Under the pieces are notes generated by a model. It was not told the origin of the DNA. It did not search any database and saw only the letters and a list, made by a program, of their open reading frames with translations. Positions 57,846-64,000 of a stretch of 64,000 nt of DNA are shown piece by piece. Position 1 is the first letter of the stretch, and each line of letters starts with the position of its first letter. The translations under genes and the position numbers were made by a program. Source of the DNA: Candidatus Bathyarchaeota archaeon (GTDB lineage: Archaea; Thermoproteota; Bathyarchaeia; Bathyarchaeales; Bathycorpusculaceae); contig CAWHDT010000007.1 of assembly GCA_963828195.1 (NCBI GenBank), forward strand, positions 192,001 to 256,000. Direction: 5' to 3'.

Positions 57846-60680
57846 TTGTTTGGGCTTTCAGGGGGTAAAGCTTTGGAAGACGAAAAGGTAAAGATAAAAC
57901 GGACCTATGGTTATGATATTCTAATAAATACATTCGAACCTTTTCTTAGAAGTTATGCCTTAAAAGTAATCTCTGCAAATTACGGTTTAGATTGGCAAAA
58001 ACATATTCCTCAAGGTGTAATCAACCAAGTTTTAGAAACTGGAAATTTAGAAAAAAATAAGAATTACGAAGTTGACGATTTTTTCAATGAATTGACTTTC
58101 CTAAATTTAAAGGACATACTATTAGCACTAGACAATTTCAAACTCTTTAAGGAATTTTTTGGAGCAATAAGTAAAGAAAAATTCGCAGAAACGATGGATG
58201 ATTTGAACATTTTTCGTCGGAAAATAGCACACTGCGGAGCTTTTAGTGAATTGGACTTGACAACACTAAAAGAGCACATAACCTTACTGAGCCAAGGTTC
58301 AGATGCAAAAGAGGTAAGGCAATACCTCGAAAATGAAGCTTACAAAAATGCGAAAGAAATACCCACCGAATTTTTTGAAGAGTATGATTTGCCCAATAAC
58401 TTGCCCCCAGAATCCTATGACCTTGACGGTGGCTTTGTTGGAAGGGAGAAAGAAATAAGGGCAATTAAGTCCTACATTAAATCTGGCGAAGACCGAGTTA
58501 TTACAATTACAGGCGCCGGTGGTGTAGGCAAAACTGCGATTGCCCTACGCATAGCTTATGCTTTTTTATGTGACCCTCAGACAAACTTTAGCGCAATATT
58601 GTGGTTTAGCGCTAAAAGGAATAAACTTACTGATGAAGGAATAGTTCCTATTAATCCGGAAATAACAAGTCACGAGAAATTGCTTAAAGATATAATCGGA
58701 GTACTCAGTAAGCCAACGCTTGATAGTTTCTTAAAGGCAAACGTTACTCTTCAGTCATATGCTGATTTTCTTAATGATTACTTCAAAAATAACAAATGCT
58801 TGTTAATCATAGATAATCTAGAGACTATCCTAAAGGATCAAGCTCTAATTCAATTTATTGAAGAAATTCCTCGTCCATCTCAGGTTCTAATTACTAGCAG
58901 AAAAGGTCTGGGCGAATTTGAGCGCAGGTACCCTGTTGGAGATATGCTTGATAAAGATGCATTAGGATTGTTTCGTATAGTGGCTAAGGAGAAGAATTTA
59001 ACTGATTTACAAAAGCTTGACAATGAATCAATACTAAAATTGGCCCGACGAGTAAGATGTTATCCTTTGTTAATCAAATGGGCAATCGGTCAAGTTGGTC
59101 TAGGAAAAGAAATTGAAAGAGCCTTTTCTCAGATATTCTCTGGGGAAAGTGAAATTGCAAAATTCGCCTTTGATGACATATTTAAAATGCTCTCGCCAAA
59201 TGCAGTGACTTTGTTATACTGCATGATTATATACGGTGATAAGCCGATTTCAAAGTCTATTTTGGCGCATTTAGCGAAACTAGGCGATGAGCAAACCGAG
59301 GAAGCCATCAAAGAATTAACTTTAGCGTCATTTGTTTTTCCCCAAATTCGCGTAGTTGAACAAGGGATGATGACAGAGTACACGATGCTCGAATTAACAC
59401 GTGGTTTTATAGAAGATAAACTGGATGAAGACGAAAGTTTAAGACAAGTATTATCCACGAGATTGTACCACTTGACAGAACAAATAACGGAATTCGAAAA
59501 GTCAAAAACGATTTATTCCCAATCTCTATTCCACTTGGGAATTAAAACTTTAGAGGAACAGATTGCTTTTAACTATGTAAAGGCTGCAAAGAATTTTTAT
59601 TTTCATGATGATGTTGTTAATGCTCAAAAAAACTTCGAACGGGCAGCCGAGACAGCACCCAACTTTTCATATGTTTTTACTGAATATTCAAAATTTAACT
59701 ACTCAAGGGGGCATATTGCTGATTCGCTGAAGCTGGCTGAAAAAGCGGTAACATCAAACCCTGCTAGTTTTCATGCCTGGTTTACCTACGGTTTACTTTT
59801 AGAACGTGTTTACAAATACAAAGAAGCATTAGAATGTCTTGAACGTGCAAAAAAGCTTAATCCGGGTCATTCGCCGATTTTCGAAGAAATGGGTCGCGTA
59901 TACATGATGATAGGAATGTATGACAAAGCCGAAATAGAGCTTACTACTGCTTTGAAAGACGAACAGTTGCCAAATAATAAAGATAGAGTGTATACGCTTG
60001 ATTGCATGGCTGAGAATTACAAGAGATGGGCTAAGGCAAGTTTTGAAAGGCAAGATTACGATGGTCAGATGAACTTCTTAAATAAGGCTTTGGACAATAT
60101 CGTACAAGCAATCGAATTAAGTCCTTCAAAACGTAAATTTCAAGAATCGTTTTTTAGAATAAGTGTGGACAAAGGAATTGCAACAACTAAAAAAGACGGT
60201 TTTGCTAGTGGAAAACTAATTCTAGAGAGATGCATAAACCAAGTCCAAATTGGAAAGCAATTGATAGCGCCAAACGATTATATTATTTCAAGAGCTTATT
60301 ATTACCTTGCATTATTGGGAAATAGAGACCCCACTACTCCAAAGGACCAGATAAATAAATGGATTGGTTTTGGCTTAGAAAAAGTACAAGACGATCGGCT
60401 AAAAATCCGATTAACTCAACTCAAAGAGCGCATGGATGGAAAAACAAAAACAAAGCACAGAAAAATTGGGAAAATCATAAAAATAGGTAACAAACACAAT
60501 TTTGGAATTATAGAATCAATTGGGGAAAGTTACTTATTTTTACCCAGCGGGTTCAGGACGCCTTTACCTGAGGAGCACTGGCAATATTTGATGGGTAAAG
60601 AAGTATCATATTCACTTAGTGCCGGAAAAAGCGGAAAAGCAATCGCTGTAGATATAGTAATAATGCCATCAAATAATTGA
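57846..60680 (+). CDS. STAND NTPase: Swt1-like HEPN + NB-ARC + TPR + C-terminal OB/cold-shock-like domain; putative antiviral NLR-like protein
   Basis: RRKIAH (Rx4H); FVGRE, GAGGVGKT, LLIIDNLE, ITSR, YPL; TPR helices; C-terminal GKIIK...FGII...YLF...V.Y...AVDI. Confidence 0.85.
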   Translation: MFGLSGGKALEDEKVKIKRTYGYDILINTFEPFLRSYALKVISANYGLDWQKHIPQGVINQVLETGNLEKNKNYEVDDFFNELTFLNLKDILLALDNFKLFKEFFGAISKEKFAETMDDLNIFRRKIAHCGAFSELDLTTLKEHITLLSQGSDAKEVRQYLENEAYKNAKEIPTEFFEEYDLPNNLPPESYDLDGGFVGREKEIRAIKSYIKSGEDRVITITGAGGVGKTAIALRIAYAFLCDPQTNFSAILWFSAKRNKLTDEGIVPINPEITSHEKLLKDIIGVLSKPTLDSFLKANVTLQSYADFLNDYFKNNKCLLIIDNLETILKDQALIQFIEEIPRPSQVLITSRKGLGEFERRYPVGDMLDKDALGLFRIVAKEKNLTDLQKLDNESILKLARRVRCYPLLIKWAIGQVGLGKEIERAFSQIFSGESEIAKFAFDDIFKMLSPNAVTLLYCMIIYGDKPISKSILAHLAKLGDEQTEEAIKELTLASFVFPQIRVVEQGMMTEYTMLELTRGFIEDKLDEDESLRQVLSTRLYHLTEQITEFEKSKTIYSQSLFHLGIKTLEEQIAFNYVKAAKNFYFHDDVVNAQKNFERAAETAPNFSYVFTEYSKFNYSRGHIADSLKLAEKAVTSNPASFHAWFTYGLLLERVYKYKEALECLERAKKLNPGHSPIFEEMGRVYMMIGMYDKAEIELTTALKDEQLPNNKDRVYTLDCMAENYKRWAKASFERQDYDGQMNFLNKALDNIVQAIELSPSKRKFQESFFRISVDKGIATTKKDGFASGKLILERCINQVQIGKQLIAPNDYIISRAYYYLALLGNRDPTTPKDQINKWIGFGLEKVQDDRLKIRLTQLKERMDGKTKTKHRKIGKIIKIGNKHNFGIIESIGESYLFLPSGFRTPLPEEHWQYLMGKEVSYSLSAGKSGKAIAVDIVIMPSNN

Positions 60681-60939
60681 CGCTATCCCGAGAAATTATA
60701 CGTTTTGCAAATCTCTACAAATAGTTAAAAATCTGTTTTCTCTCTTCCAAATCAAACCTTCTTTGCACATGAAGGCAGTTATAATACTTTTGACTTATTT
60801 GATTTATGCCTTCTAATGCATTTCCCAAAATAGGATTTTAGGAAATATAGAGCAAAACTAAACATTGCATCATAGAATGATATGAATCAATAACTCAATT
60901 ATATGAAGGGACAAACAAATGCTGAATTTTTAGATGACA

Positions 60940-62121
60940 TTAAACGGTTGCAAGGTATTCAGAAAGCGATTCCTTCCAGTCTACAACGGATGTATTGAAG
61001 GTTTCCCTGAATCGTTTATACACGGTTTCGTCGGGATTGACGATTGTAAAATGAACCCTTTTTTGAAAATCTCCTGGCAACCCTACTCGCAAAAGAGCTT
61101 CGGTTCCAAAGTCGGTGGGTGGGAAGCTGTATCCAATTATTACAATTTCTCTCGACCTGACTATTTGGTGAATTGCTTGATTCCATATGTACTTTAGGGG
61201 GTGAATTGAGTAGTCCTTGGCTAATAGTGGGGGGACAATAACTCTTTCGAGAAAAAGATTTGATTGATTACATATTGGACACTTTTCTGGTTTTATTGAA
61301 TGCCACTTAGCCATCTTTTCGTAGCGGGTTGAAAGATAGGAATTGCAATAAGAACAATGTAATCAGTTCAATGAGCCATGCAGTTTAAGCATGGACACTG
61401 TTAACGGATTATTTTGCGGGCTCTCCCATCCTTGATCACTAAGGACTTTATGAAAAGGTAAAAAGTAGCCCGAATCAGTTAGCTTTCCGGATTGTCTAAG
61501 CGCATTATCCATAAGTAAATCGTAATTGAAACTGATGACTGCGTCACCTTGTCCAAGGGTGTTAGCCAGTTTTAAATGTTCATCACAAATAGGTCCTCGA
61601 AGAGCCTCTTCAATCGTTATCGCCACTAGCTCAAATAATGCTGGTAACGAATCATCATAATCTGAGTTCACTTTTCTCGGATAACCATACAATGATGGCA
61701 TAGGTTGGAACACTTCATTCTGAAGACTAAACTGCGTCATAACCTTTTCAAGACTAAGACGCTGGTCATCAAATATATCGAATACTTTCTTGCCGTTTTC
61801 AGTCTTGATCCAGTCGTCCTTGAAAATATCAAGCTCAAAATCGAAAGGATATCCGTAAAGGCTCTGAAGAGTATAAATCATATTTTGAATTGTTAACAAA
61901 AAGTTAGTTTCAACCATACCGCCAAGTAACACTTTCTTAGACATTTTAAAGAAATCATTATCTGTCGGACATTGAAGACCAGGTATTTCAGAATATCCTT
62001 GCTTAAAGTTCTTAGAACATCCAGCACCGATAATCAACAGTTTGTGACCTCGAATATTTCTTAGGTAACCGTTCAAAACCTCGTTGGTGGTTTGTAAGCG
62101 ATTAGTTAGTTCTTCAATCAT
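60940..62121 (-). pseudogene. SIR2-like domain protein interrupted by one in-frame TGA
   Basis: IIGAGCS, SFNYD, KLHGSLN*LHCSYC...CPIC...IVPP...IIGYSFP.TD all in one frame; TGA at 61365-61363 replaces the expected Trp. Confidence 0.82.
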
Positions 62122-62170
62122 CCGTTTATCCGTCAGTTGTACGACTTTGCTATCCTTCTCGTATTCATGC

Positions 62171-62308
62171 TTATTGTTTCAAACAAGTTAAAAAGTTTGG
62201 CACTTTCACACGTATTCTTCTTTGCTTGCTGGATCTTACTTCTTGGGAGTCATTAGACCTTAGAATTTCAATTACTTTTCGCCGAGGCAATGGTCGAAGC
62301 TTTGCCAT
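62171..62308 (-). pseudogene. HicA-like toxin remnant
   Basis: MAKLRPLPRRKVIEILRSND..EVRS, then divergence; overlaps the HicB remnant. Confidence 0.55.
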
Positions 62309-62542
62309 GCAAAACACTCTCAGGAACCTTGACGGGAATGTTCGTTAGAGAAAAAGACATTAAATCATCTAAAGAAGGCTTTTGCTGTGTCTGGGTCGCT
62401 TAGGTATTCGTCTATGAGTTCAATCATGTTTTCTTTTACTTCTTTTTCTGTTTTTCCCTGCGTTGCAATGTCCAAAGTGGGGCAGGAAGCTACGAACCGT
62501 TTTCCCTCTTTTGTTATTAGAATTGGAAAAGTATCTTTTCAC
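62268..62542 (-). pseudogene. HicB-like antitoxin, frameshifted
   Basis: FPILITKEGKRFVASCPTLDIATQGKTEKEVKENM.ELI..YL; GTG start is 1 nt out of frame, with a likely second shift in an A run. Confidence 0.72.
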
Positions 62543-62639
62543 ACCTAATTGTTAGAGTAGTCTTTTTTGTCTTATAAGCATTTTATTATCAAAAGCGAAG
62601 AGAAAGCCAGCGTTTTTAAAGGAGCTTTGAGAAGTCATC

Positions 62640-62800
62640 CTATACTCTTTTTCTATGTCCTACAAAAAGCACGATTACTTTGTTCCGCTCAGAGTTTATT
62701 TCATATACGGCGGTGGTCGCCTGACCTTGTGCTCCAAAAGTCTGAAGGATGCAACGGTTTTCCTGCTTTCCAAGGGGACTGGCAACCTTCTGCGGGTCTA
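62640..62800 (-). pseudogene. RelE/ParE-like toxin remnant
   Basis: WSTRSGDHR in one frame joins VYEIN...KVIVLFVGHRKRV in another. Confidence 0.6.
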
Positions 62801-62841
62801 ACAGATGTTTGTTTGGACTCTTGTGGCTTGCCAGTGAGATT

Positions 62842-63102
62842 TCAGAGGTATGCTTCATCGTGATGCTTATACTTCACAATTAAAACGGTCGGAGGGTTTT
62901 CTGTTATTTTGTATATGAGTACAAATGAGCCAATGTGCACCCTGCGTAGACCTTCCAATGGGTGTCTTAGAGGTTTGAATTGAAAGGGATCTAATTGTAT
63001 CTGCGCGATTTTCTTATTTATTGCCTCTAACTGTTTTCTGTCTTTTTTGAGGAGCCTTTTGAATGTTTTAGAAACCTCTTCTTCAATTTCCAAGCTGTAC
63101 AA
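62842..63102 (-). CDS. RelE/StbE/YafQ-family toxin
   Basis: KPLR..L.GLRRVHIGSFVLIY, HHDEAY. Confidence 0.88.
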   Translation of the reverse strand: MYSLEIEEEVSKTFKRLLKKDRKQLEAINKKIAQIQLDPFQFKPLRHPLEGLRRVHIGSFVLIYKITENPPTVLIVKYKHHDEAYL

Positions 63103-63106
63103 GCAA

Positions 63107-63343
63107 TCACTTTAAGCCGTACTCTTCTGCAAAATTCTTGACTTTGACGAATTTACCGTTTTTTAAAGTTTCTTCGATTTCCTTAACGAATTCGGGGCGA
63201 AGTTGGGGTTCAAGCTCGCATTCTTCGTAACGCTTGATTATCACGCTCAAAGCTTGGCTTTTATCCTTGAGACCATATTTTGCCTTGACTATGTTGATTA
63301 CTCGGCTTTCTCTTTCATCTAAATCAATAACGTTTTTTACCAT
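63107..63343 (-). CDS. DUF2683-type antitoxin
   Basis: R.INIVKAKYGLKDKSQA, EPQLRPEF; 4 nt upstream of the toxin. Confidence 0.82.
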   Translation of the reverse strand: MVKNVIDLDERESRVINIVKAKYGLKDKSQALSVIIKRYEECELEPQLRPEFVKEIEETLKNGKFVKVKNFAEEYGLK

Positions 63344-63508
63344 ATGGTACCCTCGAGTAATTACACGACATAACATAAGATAATACGGTGTTATTTAAGA
63401 TAAGCGCAGACGAAAAACTTGTTCACATAACAGCCGACGAAACAACCCAATACAAAAAACTCCAAACAAAAGGCGCCCCATCGAACTGCTTTAACAAGAA
63501 AAGAGAAG

Positions 63509-63574
63509 TGGCGGCGGAAAGGAATTTGAAACCTTCGACATCCCAATTTTGGAGGCTGGTGTTCTTTACTGAAC
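63509..63574 (-). pseudogene. Degenerate tRNA-Trp(CCA)-like relic
   Basis: GTTC..GAAC D-stem, CCAGC-CTCCAAA-ATTGG anticodon arm, GAAGGTTTCAAATTCCTTT T-arm, 3' CCGCCGCCA; no 5' acceptor strand. Confidence 0.45.
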
Positions 63575-63650
63575 AAAACGTCGAAAAATCTTTGACAAAA
63601 TAAGACTTTTAATTCATAAGTTCTTGTTTTCTTTTTTTACCCGAGAAGCC

Positions 63651-64000
63651 TTATTTTATCATCACAACATTCTCAAGTTTTCGAAAGTGCTCGTCCCCGA
63701 TTACTACGTCTGCTTTCTTAACTATTGCCGTCGCGTAAACTACGGAATCCACTAGTCCCCATCCATCAATTTCCTTCTTCATGCGGAGCTGCACTTTGGC
63801 TGATTCCACGGCGATTGGCTCATCCAGATATACAAGCGCACTTTTTTCTTTGATGTAATTCTTTTGTTTTTCTGCCAGTTCTTGTCCTTCAACTTTGAGG
63901 GTTTTACTGTAAACTTCCGTTAAACATATGGTGGGGGTTATTTTTTCTTCGCTGTTTTCGATGATTGCTTTGGCGGTTTCTCCTGTTTTTGTACCCATGA
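63651..64000 (-). CDS. PIN-domain (VapC-like) toxin, 5' end probably beyond the window
   Basis: TPTI.LTEV, GLVDS..YATA, GD.HF. Confidence 0.85.
   Translation of the reverse strand, partial: MGTKTGETAKAIIENSEEKITPTICLTEVYSKTLKVEGQELAEKQKNYIKEKSALVYLDEPIAVESAKVQLRMKKEIDGWGLVDSVVYATAIVKKADVVIGDEHFRKLENVVMIK

Noticed and set aside
61363-61365. TGA as selenocysteine or as evidence of a variant genetic code
   Set aside because: The position corresponds to Trp rather than Cys, and TGA terminates many intact genes here (thrS, proS, rtcA, trm56).

Overview
Archaeal chromosomal window, most likely Bathyarchaeia/TACK (inferred from TFE-beta, arcadin-1, a DUF5752-type domain, archaeal ThrRS/ProRS, KEOPS and the proteasome). 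Most of it is dense housekeeping sequence: ino1, gcvH, glgP, hemA, kae1/bud32/rdgB, rlmE, nadC, psmB, truD, cdc48, ef1b, fen1, glmS, trm5, rtcA, proS, AOR, ilvE, thrS, nac, mbf1-hflX-trm56 and tRNA-Val(TAC). The main unexplained signals are: (1) an mbf1/hflX junction where hflX has no canonical start and could be reached by an ACG start, a single C/T change or a -1 frameshift at CGA-AAG; (2) an AT-rich defence island (57.7-64 kb) with a HEPN-NB-ARC-TPR-OB/CSD STAND protein, a SIR2-like gene broken by one in-frame TGA, intact and decayed TA modules and a tRNA-Trp-like relic; (3) an integrase-less islet at the tRNA-Val 3' end bounded by two att-like duplications; (4) a dispersed ~135-bp multi-hairpin intergenic repeat in three copies; (5) a YHS/TRASH-glucan phosphorylase fusion and a lone arcadin-1. 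All calls come from reading motifs by eye; no searches were run.
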